Positions 26,898 through 35,823 are shown, counted from the stretch's first letter. The stretch is DNA of 64,000 nucleotides from a virus (IMGVR_UViG_3300028898_000252:285946-349945); one strand, 5' to 3'. Numbers and translations are program-made. Notes: generated by a model not told the origin, from the sequence alone.

Positions 26898-27380
26898 TCA
26901 CTCCGCTAGTGCCGCCTGAATCTCGGAAAGTTTCTTCTCGAAGGTGAAACGAGTTTCGAAACGCTCGCACACTTCGCGCAATTCCTCGAAACCACTCGCG
27001 ATTTGTTCGAGCGAATCGGGGTCAACCTCGTTGGGCGCGGTGCGGTCGACCAGCTTCGCATACTCGGTCAACTCGATTCCGAATTGAGCGCCGCGCCAAT
27101 CTCCGTTAGCGTCGCGGTAGTTGAGCACACGCTTTTCGAGCGCGTACATGATCGCGCCGTCCACATCACCCGCCTTTTGCGCGGTGCGCAGCTCGACCAG
27201 CTTCCGATACGACGCGCGCAGGTTTTCCACACCCGCGACGATCATATCAAACTTCTCGTCGACATTCGCGTTTCGAAACGCCGCCAAGTTTTCGAGCGGC
27301 TTGTGCTTGCACGCGTCGAACGAGCGCGTGGCTTCGAGAAGAGCCGCCTTATCTGCAACAACAACAACGTTCGTTCCCAT
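26898..27380 (-). CDS. Hypothetical helical protein
   Basis: MGTNVV start; GC3-rich codons; follows element 27467. Confidence 0.7.
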   Translation of the reverse strand: MGTNVVVVADKAALLEATRSFDACKHKPLENLAAFRNANVDEKFDMIVAGVENLRASYRKLVELRTAQKAGDVDGAIMYALEKRVLNYRDANGDWRGAQFGIELTEYAKLVDRTAPNEVDPDSLEQIASGFEELREVCERFETRFTFEKKLSEIQAALAE

Positions 27381-27612
27381 TTTTTTCTTTTGCTCCAATG
27401 TTTGAAAAACCGTTCACTTGCTGTGTGAGCACCGTTGCTCACACTCTCTACTTAGCACAACTCGACAAGGTTTATTTACCTTGCAGGGTTCATGCCAAGC
27501 GTGGCACTTCCGCCGAGGGTTGCACTCGGCATAGCTATTGCTTGTTAGCTTTAGCTATCGTGTCCTGGTGACACCGAAAGTGTTTTGTTCTGCCCCTTTC
27601 GGGGCGAGGGTT

Positions 27613-28236
27613 TCAACCCTCGGCGGTTTCGTCGTCGGTCGCAGCGTCGAGCGCTTCGAGCGCGGGCGAATTGCTCAGGTCGGTTGCAGCCGCGCCAGCA
27701 AACCGCGACGGAGGCGCGGAAAGCGCGACGACACGCGCCGTGCGCGCAGGCTTCGCGGGCTTGGGAGCCTCGGGAGCCTTGGGTTTGATTCCGAGCATCG
27801 CAGCGACCGAGGTTTGCGGCGCGTTGGGATTGATTCGCGCGATTCCCGCGCACTCCATTGCAGCGCGGAAGGTTTCGATCAGTGACAGCGCCTCGATCGC
27901 GCAACCCGCGCTATCGCGCGAGTGGAGCACGAAAACGTTGTCGCGACCGATGACCTCACTGCCGTACACGACCTCGCCGCGAACGATGCGAAGCAACAGC
28001 GTCGAGCCCGCCGTGTCCGAGTTTGGCCCGCCGCGCGCGGCGCGCACGCCTTCGAGCAGCGCGAGCGCCGAGCCGCCTTCGTCATCGGTCAAGCGGAACA
28101 TCACGGGCTCTTGTGGCTCGATCCACAGATCAGACTTCGACGCGTCGCCGCCCTCGCCGCACTGCTCGCGAACGTGCGCAACGAGCGCCGCGAGAACCAT
28201 TCCAGCGACAACCGAACGAACAGAATTCTTGCTCAT
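27613..28236 (-). CDS. Hypothetical protein with A/P-rich disordered C-terminus
   Basis: MSKNSV start; follows element 28332. Confidence 0.7.
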   Translation of the reverse strand: MSKNSVRSVVAGMVLAALVAHVREQCGEGGDASKSDLWIEPQEPVMFRLTDDEGGSALALLEGVRAARGGPNSDTAGSTLLLRIVRGEVVYGSEVIGRDNVFVLHSRDSAGCAIEALSLIETFRAAMECAGIARINPNAPQTSVAAMLGIKPKAPEAPKPAKPARTARVVALSAPPSRFAGAAATDLSNSPALEALDAATDDETAEG

Positions 28237-28331
28237 GTTTTTTTCTCTCTTTTCTTTCGTTTTGTGAACTCGCGAGCACCGCAACCGTGCGGTGCATCAT
28301 CTCTTGTGAATCTCTCTTAGCACGACTCGGC

Positions 28332-28362
28332 AAGGTTTATTTACCTTGCACCGTCTGTGCCA
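28332..28362 (-). promoter_or_regulatory. Representative sigma54-type -24/-12 promoter
   Basis: TGGCACAGACGGTGCAAGGTAAATAAACCTT; GG-N10-GC; upstream of the ORF starting at 28236. Confidence 0.75.
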
Positions 28363-28532
28363 ACCTAACAACCATCGAAACTCACGTTCGCAGGTTAGGT
28401 GGGATGGTACGAATGTTGTTTGTTCGTGCCGTCCCGTCTACTCTGCAACCGATACCCTGTCATGTGCTCTGTCTAGCACACTCTCGGAAGGTTTATTTAC
28501 CTTTCAAGTATCGTGCCAGGACAGTTTCAGGC

Positions 28533-29054
28533 TCAGTCGTCATCGGCAGCATCGAAAAACTTGCCGATCGCGAGGAATTCACCGCGAGTGCAAGCGGCGT
28601 GCCACTCAGGATTCGAGCCCGTCCCGTTTGGAATCGGGCTGAAATTCAATTTCTGTACCATCGTGCGGCGTGCTTTGAATTCGGCGAATCCTGGGAATTC
28701 AACCGAAGCAAGCACCGCGCCGTTGTTTTTCGACCAGTCGTAAAAGTACCGTTGTTTTCCGACGGCACCGTCGTCGGCCAGTGGGGCAACAACGAGACAG
28801 CTTGTTCCTCGCGCCCCGCGTGAGGAATGATTCCCCAGCAAAATGAATCGCCGCTTGTTGATTCGCACAGTTGAATACTTTGGCGCTGCTTTTGCAGCAA
28901 GCACCGTATCCCGCTGAAACTCGCTGAATTCATCGTAGTCAGGCGAATCCCGCTTGATTCGCCCCTGGCGAGCACCTTCGCCTGCGGTACAGTCAAGGTC
29001 GAGCCTTTCAGGCTCGACAACATTGTCATTGTCATTGTCGTTTTCGTTTGCCAC
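28533..29054 (-). CDS. Hypothetical protein
   Basis: GTG start with GAGGAG RBS; NDNDND microrepeat; follows element 29098. Confidence 0.7.
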   Translation of the reverse strand: MANENDNDNDNVVEPERLDLDCTAGEGARQGRIKRDSPDYDEFSEFQRDTVLAAKAAPKYSTVRINKRRFILLGNHSSRGARGTSCLVVAPLADDGAVGKQRYFYDWSKNNGAVLASVEFPGFAEFKARRTMVQKLNFSPIPNGTGSNPEWHAACTRGEFLAIGKFFDAADDD

Positions 29055-29296
29055 TCGCTGTGCTCCTCTCTGTGAATCTCTCTTAGCACGACCGACCAAG
29101 GTTTATTTACCTTGCAGGGTTTGTGCCAACAACCTTGGTCGTTGGAGTTTCGAGCGAAACGCGGCGATCGTCCGTCCCGCCCTGTGTTCTCTGTCTAGCA
29201 CAACCCAAGGTGCTTTATTTACCTTGCAAGCATCATACCAGGGTTGGGCGTTTGGCGCGGTGCGAGCCTCTATCGACCGCGCGTACACGCGTGCGT

Positions 29297-29370
29297 AGCA
29301 TAAACCATGCCAGGTAAGACTACCTAAAAAAACCGTTGGCATGATACTTGCAAGTGGCATGGTTTATGCC
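29297..29370. promoter_or_regulatory. Divergent cluster of three GG-N10-GC boxes at the right island edge
   Basis: Minus 29297-29312; plus 29337-29352 and 29355-29370; perfect 15-bp inverted repeat 29298-29312/29355-29369. Confidence 0.75.
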
Positions 29371-29485
29371 TTCGCGGGGCAACCCTCAACCGTTACCATA
29401 TATGGCAGTATGAAACACCTAAACATTTAGTGAAATGAAATTTAATGAAACTAGGTATGAATTTTATTTGTACTAAGGTTTAGAG

Positions 29486-29959
29486 TTAAACTTTGTATTT
29501 TATAAAAAGAGTTTCGAGTTTTGTTTTAAGTTCTGGATAATGATAAAGGAAACTTTTATTCTTTTTTGGATCAAGGAGTCTTTCGTAAATTTGTTTGTAT
29601 GAGTTTCTCTCAAGCCACGAGAGATAAGCTGAAATAAACTTATCATCTTCGAGATAGTCAAACAAAGTGACTTCAACCATTTCAAAAAATGTTTCTTTGT
29701 CGAGTTTAATTGTTTTGGAGCATATTAGAGCATAATATGCACAAAGTTTTTTGATAAGAAACTCATCATTTTCAAAATCAAGAACTTGTGGTTTTTGGGC
29801 TTTGGGAGAGGAAGTATTCCAGTTTTGGGAAACAATTATTGTCGATTGTGATTCATGTGCGGTAATTGTGTTATAAGAAGGGTCAAACAAAATGGCACGG
29901 TAATCACAACCTGTAAATGTTTTAACAAAGGTTTTGAGTTCTTTGTTTTCAAGTTTCAT
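29486..29959 (-). CDS. Hypothetical protein
   Basis: MKLENK start with AAGGAGG RBS. Confidence 0.75.
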   Translation of the reverse strand: MKLENKELKTFVKTFTGCDYRAILFDPSYNTITAHESQSTIIVSQNWNTSSPKAQKPQVLDFENDEFLIKKLCAYYALICSKTIKLDKETFFEMVEVTLFDYLEDDKFISAYLSWLERNSYKQIYERLLDPKKNKSFLYHYPELKTKLETLFIKYKV

Positions 29960-30121
29960 TGTTTTGTTGCCTCCTTTTTTTGATTGTTTTGTTTCAACCC
30001 AAACTCTTATTGTTTTGGGTTGATTTATCTTAGCCGCAAACCTTATAAAAGGTTTGGGATTTAAGCTTTGAATTAATATGATAAACATTTAGTATTTTGA
30101 CCCTCCCCTCCCCTTAAAAGA

Positions 30122-31300
30122 TTAATTCTTTTTAGAGTTAAGCTGCGAAAGGTTTTCTTCAAGGGCTTGGTCAATAACTTGCAAAGTATCTCTAAACTGT
30201 TGAGTAAAACTATCAGTAAGGGCTTTGAATTCTTTCTTGAGATTCACATTATCGTTTTCGGCGGAATACCATTCGATTCTGAATCTATCAATAACTTCTG
30301 AATACTGGGAAAGGAATTCAAGTCCTTCGCAGATTGATTTATCAAACACTTCAATTGGATAGTTTCTCAGGTCGAGGCCGTTTGCCTTGAACAAGTTTTC
30401 GTAGGCAAACTTTGCAAGAAACTTTCCAATGAAGCCGAATTGATCTGTAACCTCTTCTTCGTTGTTTATTTCAATAGAAGGAATATAAACAGTCCATTTA
30501 TCAAGTGGAGAAATAAGAGTTTTGTTATCGTCTCTTGCCGATGATCCTGCGTCGGCGAATCGCATAATAACAAATGGTCCATATTGACCATCCCCAGAAT
30601 AAACTTGATAACCAACCATTCCTTTCGGAAAAGGATTCTTTCCTCGCTTTGCCGCGACAGAATAGTTGATTCCAAGGTTCATGTTTCGATAATCAGACCT
30701 TCTTTTCGATTCTTTCCATTCTGCCTTTTTAATATTGTTTTCAATTTCGATTTGCTGAAGGTGTTTGTTGTACAGATTCATAATCTCTTCATCGGCATCA
30801 ACTTCAACAAAAAGACCATCCTTTTTAAAGGATTTTCCTTTGTAGAAAACAGGAGGCAAATAAACATTACTTGTTTGAATGTGTTCAGCTGCAAACTTTT
30901 TTTCTTCTTTAAGATAGTAGGTGATAACAAGACTGTCATTATTCAAACCATCATAGTAATATGAATTCATTTCAACATTCACAATTGGATTTGATGGGTC
31001 GATAATATATTTCTCTGTGACTGAAATCCAGCCATATTTGTTGACGATTGGTTCTTGTGCCTGAAACATTTCAAGATACTTTTTTTGGATTGCCTCGAAT
31101 TCTTCTTTCTCGTGCAAGTAATACACAGGGGAATTTGAACATGTTTCATAGTTTTTCAATTCCTCTTCGGTCATTTCGTTTCTGCGGCGAACTCTCTTTT
31201 CGACAAGTTCGCTGTAATTCAGTTTTTTTCTCAATTCCTCGTGAGCTTTGTATGCAGGGTTTTCATCCGTTCGGAACACACTCAACGACTTTGCGACCAT
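30122..31300 (-). CDS. Hypothetical protein under the outlying element 31407
   Basis: 392 aa, GGGAG RBS. Confidence 0.8.
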   Translation of the reverse strand: MVAKSLSVFRTDENPAYKAHEELRKKLNYSELVEKRVRRRNEMTEEELKNYETCSNSPVYYLHEKEEFEAIQKKYLEMFQAQEPIVNKYGWISVTEKYIIDPSNPIVNVEMNSYYYDGLNNDSLVITYYLKEEKKFAAEHIQTSNVYLPPVFYKGKSFKKDGLFVEVDADEEIMNLYNKHLQQIEIENNIKKAEWKESKRRSDYRNMNLGINYSVAAKRGKNPFPKGMVGYQVYSGDGQYGPFVIMRFADAGSSARDDNKTLISPLDKWTVYIPSIEINNEEEVTDQFGFIGKFLAKFAYENLFKANGLDLRNYPIEVFDKSICEGLEFLSQYSEVIDRFRIEWYSAENDNVNLKKEFKALTDSFTQQFRDTLQVIDQALEENLSQLNSKKN

Positions 31301-31572
31301 GTTTTTATTTCTCCCGAGTGAATTGGTTTTTGTTGCCCCGATTATCGCTGCGGTGAGCCTCTATCACTCGCGCGATCACGAGCACACGCATAGCACAATC
31401 CCCCGCGGATTATTTACCTTGCAACGACCGTGCCAGCTACCGAGGGCAAGAGGATTCGACCCCGCAAAGTTTGCAGGTTTCGCGAGCCTTTCAGTGTAAC
31501 GGTTACCCGAAACAAACGATCAAACAAGAAAAACAAAAGTGTAATGAAATTAAATCATATTAATTTCAATAG

Positions 31573-34500
31573 TTAATTGTTTTTAAAAAGATAAGAATTA
31601 AAATTAGAAAGATTTACAGTTTCTTCAAAGTTTTCTTGAAGAGATTTGGTTTGGTTCATTTCATTTTCTATTTCAATTCGAATTCTTTCTTTTGTTTCTA
31701 AGTGGAAACTAGAATTGGCGATAAAAGAATTAATTACCTTGTCTAGAATCTCTGTAACAAACTCTGTTTCACCTTGAATTCTAAACTCTTGAGAAACCTC
31801 ATCAAGAATTTCTCCATATTTTGGAAGCATGTGTTGTTTTAGAATTGGTATGATTCCTGCAATCATAAGTTTGAATAGTATTCTGCCGTTAGAAGAATCA
31901 AGAAAAAGTTTAAGTTTGTTTTCTTTAATTGAGTTTGATACCAACAACTGTACAAATTTTGTTATTTCATTTACTGCAACTCTTTTTGCAACTTCTCTTG
32001 CATCTGATTTAGCTATTTGAATCAGTTTTGGTTCTTTTAAAAACTGTTTGCGAAAACTTTCTTCGGAATATTCTTTTCCTTCAATCCACCATTCTTTTGT
32101 TCCATTTGAGAATTCACGAGCTGGACTATCTATTCTATGAAGTTTCCCTTCAACCCACCATTCTTTATTTCCACTTGAATATTCAACAGCAGGACCATCC
32201 AATCTGTGAAGTTTTCCTTCTTTAAACCAATATTTGGTTCCATCTGCCCATTCAACCGCGGGGCCATCTTCTCGGTGGAATTTATCCTCTTTATACCAAA
32301 GCTTATCTCCATTTACTCTCTCGATAGCTGGACCATCTATTCTATGCCGCTTGTCTTCAATATACCATTCTTTTGATCCGTCTACCCATTCAATAGCAGG
32401 ACCATCATCCCTATGACGTTTTCCTTCTCTAAGCCAAATTTTTATTCCAAATGAATTTTCGACTATTCCTGTATAGTTTTTTGGGGCAACTTCATTAATT
32501 TTTAGTTTTAATACAGGAATGTGATTTTTTATCATCTCATAAAGTTTTGAATATTCCCCGCGATCAACTGTAAGAACTTCTCCAGTGATAAGATTAAAAC
32601 CTTTGCAGTAGGTTTCTGTTCGTAAACGAATCCAATTTGGATCTATACTAGAAGAATATTGATTTGTTATTACATCAGAACCTTTTATAGTATCTTGGGC
32701 AAACAAAAACTCTCCTTCTTTATTAAAAGAGACATGGTTTGCTCCCAGCGAAACAGAAACTTGAGAAATGTTCTTTCCTCGATATTCCCAAGAGTTATCA
32801 GGATGTAATCCTGCCAATACCCAACCTGTCCCCGTTTCTTTATTATATTCTTCCCCTATTTCTTTAATGAAAGAAATAAACTCTTTTTCGGTTTTAACCT
32901 TTGGATAGATTTCTTTTATCCATTCTATGTTCAATTCTTTTTTGGGTTTTGAAACTTCTTGTTTTTCTTTATTTGTTTTGTTCGCCTTTTTTTCTTCTTG
33001 GAAGGCTTTTACAGCTTCGATAATATGACTGTCGTAAACACTTCCGCAATGAATTACTTCCTTTGTTTTTGAGTTATAAACTTCGATTTTTCTTATATCT
33101 TCATGGCGACAAAAATAAAGGTCAGAAATGTTTTCAATACCATCAAGCAAGGATTTATTCAAAAATGAATCTAAAGGTCTAACATAAAGAAAGTCTTTTT
33201 CATCTTTTGTTATTTTATTTTCTGAAATCAAAAACTTATTGTCTTTATCTTTGTTGTCAAACACAACATAGTCCGCTCCAAGGGAAGACAAAACTTTTTT
33301 TTCTACTCCATCTACCAAAAATTTACAAACAATAATCTTCGAGTATTCTGTAATCTGCCACCCTGATTTAGTTTCTTCGTTATATTCTTCTCCGCGAGCT
33401 TTAATCAAACTCTTGAAATTTTCCAGTGTCGAAATTTGTGGCAACATTTCGTTTAGAAACTCGCTATTGAGCTTATAGTCTTTTTGATTTGTAATTCTGA
33501 TAGCTTGCTCGGTCGATTCTGCTTTGAAAAAGCTTTTCTTTTTTATGCTGTAATATTCATTTTTAGATGTTTTTGTATAGTTTTTATCATTTGTAGCTAT
33601 TCTTAGTAAATTTCCGTTACCATAAAATGAAATATACCTTACTTGTTCTTTATTAGGGTCCGAAATTAGCGAAGCCTCATGTTCAATATAAAACAAATCT
33701 AGGTTATCATTAAAACAAATAAATGAACCACCAAGTGTATCGCACAGTGTTAATTTGTCATTTACATAGTAGCGATACTTGTTATGTCCATATTTTTCCC
33801 ACCCTGTTTTCGTTTCTTTGTTATATTCCAATCCATTTGCTTTAATAAATTCCTTAAATTTATTTAAGTTGGCAACGCTTGGAAAATATTTTTCGACCCA
33901 AGTCCTATCAAGTCCTGTTAATTTATTCACTTTTTCTTCTTTCTTGTTTGTTTCCTCAGAAGAAGGTTTCAAATCTCTTTTGTTTTCTTCAAGATAGGTT
34001 TTGATTATTTTGATCTGATCTGTGGCATAAATTGTTTCACATGGAATCATTTTTTTTGCTTTAGTATCATAAAATGACGACTTGGATATATCATGCGTGC
34101 GGCAAAAATAAAAGTTTTTAAACTCTTCTTGATTGTTTTTTACAAAGTCATTATAATAGGAACTATAGTCAGGCACTGTAATATATGCAATACCATTAAT
34201 ATTGTTAACGTTCTGCGTTACACACGATAGTGTTTTTTTACTATTAAACTTAACGGTATTACATCCAAGAGAAGAAACCGCAGGAGCACCTTTTTCAAAA
34301 TATTCATAAGATGACATATGCTCTAGCCATCCTGTTTTAGTTTTTTCATCATATTCTTCGCCGCGGTCTTTTATAAGAGTTAAAAAACCATCCAGCGAAG
34401 AAATTCTTGGAATTACTTCATCAATAAATTCTGTACCTAACTTATATTCTTTTTGACTTGCAATACTATCCGCATGAATGAGGTTATTAGCTTTAAACCA

Positions 34501-35823
34501 TTTCTTTTTGTTTAGGTTGAAAAATTCATACTCATAAACAGCATTTTGATATTTGTTATTAGTTGCAAGTTCCAAAACATTAGGTTGGTTGTTTTTATCA
34601 AAACGTTGTCGGATATACATCACCTGTTTTGAATGTTTATCTTCAATTGTAGATTCGTGATGTTTTATATAATCAAATTTTGATCCTTGAAACAGATAAG
34701 AGATTCCAGATCCGCCTAATGTATTGCAGTCGGCAATGGTATGATTTTTGTAATAGCTATAAGAAGAACCTTCTTCTTTCCAACCAAATCCTGTTTTAGT
34801 ATCATACTCTAATCCATTTATCTTAATAAACTCTTTAAACTTTTCCAAAGTCGAAACATGTGGATAAATGTTCTCAACCCAAGTGCCATCCAAGTTTTGT
34901 TTTTTGGTTTTCTTTTCTAGAACTTCATTTTCACTTTTACCTCCAACAGTTGATTTTTCAACCGTGTTATAAACCTTATAATGAAGTGTATTATCTCGAC
35001 AAATAAGCAAATAATCGTCTTTTGAAGGAAGTTCTTTTTTGTAAAGATTTGTATAAATTGTATCCACAAAATCTTTCCCACCTGCTTTATCAGCAAAGTT
35101 TTCAACAAAGCGAACCTTTCCAGTTTTTTTATCAAAACTAATTCTGGACAATCCAAGCTTTGAACTATCATTACTTTCGAACCAAAAAGTTTTTATTTCG
35201 CCTATATAGTCAGAGTCGAACACCCAGCACTCTGCTTTAGAAGTTTTACCAACAATATCTTTTGTTCCAACAACCGATTCACCTTTTTCTTTAATGAAAT
35301 TTAAAAATTTATCGAGTGTATCGATTTGCGGATAAATGGTTTCTAGCCATTCGGTCCCAAGAAGAATTTTCTTTTCTTCCATCTTTTCTTCTTTTTTTGG
35401 AGGAGAAATTGTGATGTGTTCATCTTTTGAATCCAAGTCATAGTGCATATCGCAATGAGTTATTCTAAATTTTAGACCAAGGTTATCTTCGGAATAGACG
35501 CAAACAGGTTGAATTTTAGTGGAATTACTTGGATACTCGTTCAAGTTACCGTTAATTTCGGCAAACATAAACTTGTCTCGACCGTCAAATTGAAATTTGG
35601 AAACACCAAGATTTTCATCAATCACAAGATTCCCATCTTTTCTGTAACGAAACTCTCCAATAGTTTTAGATTCCTGCCATCCTGTTTTAGTTTTTTTGTT
35701 ATATTCCCACCCATTGAGTTTAATAAACTCTTTGAATTTATCATAGTTGGAAACCAGCGGATAAAGATCATCTATCCATTTTTTGCCAAGTTTATAACTT
35801 GTTTTGCTGGCGGGTGCGTTCAT
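31573..35823 (-). CDS. 1416-aa modular protein: 7 tandem unknown domains + about 6 HRxDGPA repeats + helical C-terminal domain
   Basis: Recurrent LxxxWxExxYPxVxTLxxFxxFIKxxGxEYxxxTKTGW; HRDDGPAIEW repeats; IAKSDAREVAKRVAV tail. Confidence 0.9.
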   Translation of the reverse strand: MNAPASKTSYKLGKKWIDDLYPLVSNYDKFKEFIKLNGWEYNKKTKTGWQESKTIGEFRYRKDGNLVIDENLGVSKFQFDGRDKFMFAEINGNLNEYPSNSTKIQPVCVYSEDNLGLKFRITHCDMHYDLDSKDEHITISPPKKEEKMEEKKILLGTEWLETIYPQIDTLDKFLNFIKEKGESVVGTKDIVGKTSKAECWVFDSDYIGEIKTFWFESNDSSKLGLSRISFDKKTGKVRFVENFADKAGGKDFVDTIYTNLYKKELPSKDDYLLICRDNTLHYKVYNTVEKSTVGGKSENEVLEKKTKKQNLDGTWVENIYPHVSTLEKFKEFIKINGLEYDTKTGFGWKEEGSSYSYYKNHTIADCNTLGGSGISYLFQGSKFDYIKHHESTIEDKHSKQVMYIRQRFDKNNQPNVLELATNNKYQNAVYEYEFFNLNKKKWFKANNLIHADSIASQKEYKLGTEFIDEVIPRISSLDGFLTLIKDRGEEYDEKTKTGWLEHMSSYEYFEKGAPAVSSLGCNTVKFNSKKTLSCVTQNVNNINGIAYITVPDYSSYYNDFVKNNQEEFKNFYFCRTHDISKSSFYDTKAKKMIPCETIYATDQIKIIKTYLEENKRDLKPSSEETNKKEEKVNKLTGLDRTWVEKYFPSVANLNKFKEFIKANGLEYNKETKTGWEKYGHNKYRYYVNDKLTLCDTLGGSFICFNDNLDLFYIEHEASLISDPNKEQVRYISFYGNGNLLRIATNDKNYTKTSKNEYYSIKKKSFFKAESTEQAIRITNQKDYKLNSEFLNEMLPQISTLENFKSLIKARGEEYNEETKSGWQITEYSKIIVCKFLVDGVEKKVLSSLGADYVVFDNKDKDNKFLISENKITKDEKDFLYVRPLDSFLNKSLLDGIENISDLYFCRHEDIRKIEVYNSKTKEVIHCGSVYDSHIIEAVKAFQEEKKANKTNKEKQEVSKPKKELNIEWIKEIYPKVKTEKEFISFIKEIGEEYNKETGTGWVLAGLHPDNSWEYRGKNISQVSVSLGANHVSFNKEGEFLFAQDTIKGSDVITNQYSSSIDPNWIRLRTETYCKGFNLITGEVLTVDRGEYSKLYEMIKNHIPVLKLKINEVAPKNYTGIVENSFGIKIWLREGKRHRDDGPAIEWVDGSKEWYIEDKRHRIDGPAIERVNGDKLWYKEDKFHREDGPAVEWADGTKYWFKEGKLHRLDGPAVEYSSGNKEWWVEGKLHRIDSPAREFSNGTKEWWIEGKEYSEESFRKQFLKEPKLIQIAKSDAREVAKRVAVNEITKFVQLLVSNSIKENKLKLFLDSSNGRILFKLMIAGIIPILKQHMLPKYGEILDEVSQEFRIQGETEFVTEILDKVINSFIANSSFHLETKERIRIEIENEMNQTKSLQENFEETVNLSNFNSYLFKNN

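Larger units (their letters stand above)
17130..31435 (-). repeat. Dispersed tripartite sigma54-like element, 26 full copies
   Basis: + strand spans: 17824-17854, 18214-18244, 18728-18756, 18971-19000, 19300-19330, 19846-19876, 20455-20486, 20750-20778, 21838-21863, 22101-22128, 22399-22427, 22532-22561, 23348-23378, 23916-23946, 24221-24251, 24669-24699, 25126-25156, 25516-25547, 26004-26034, 26797-26827, 27467-27497, 28332-28362, 28488-28518, 29098-29128, 29212-29240, 31407-31435; core-only copies at 17130-17146, 19900-19916, 29297-29312. Confidence 0.95.

Noticed and set aside
17824-29240. CRISPR array reading of the roughly 31-bp repeat
   Set aside because: Intervals range from about 80 to over 1000 bp and contain genes, the repeat middle is variable, and no cas genes are present
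17824-29240. Integron attC cassette array
   Set aside because: No RYYYAAC..GTTRRRY ends or long imperfect palindrome, no integrase, and the repeats sit in promoter position
17497-29317. Plus-strand ORFs in the island (17497, 23622, 24246, 25881, 26192, 27671, 28023 and others)
   Set aside because: Antisense shadows of GC-rich minus-strand genes; the recurring KVYLPC/F peptide is just the repeat translated
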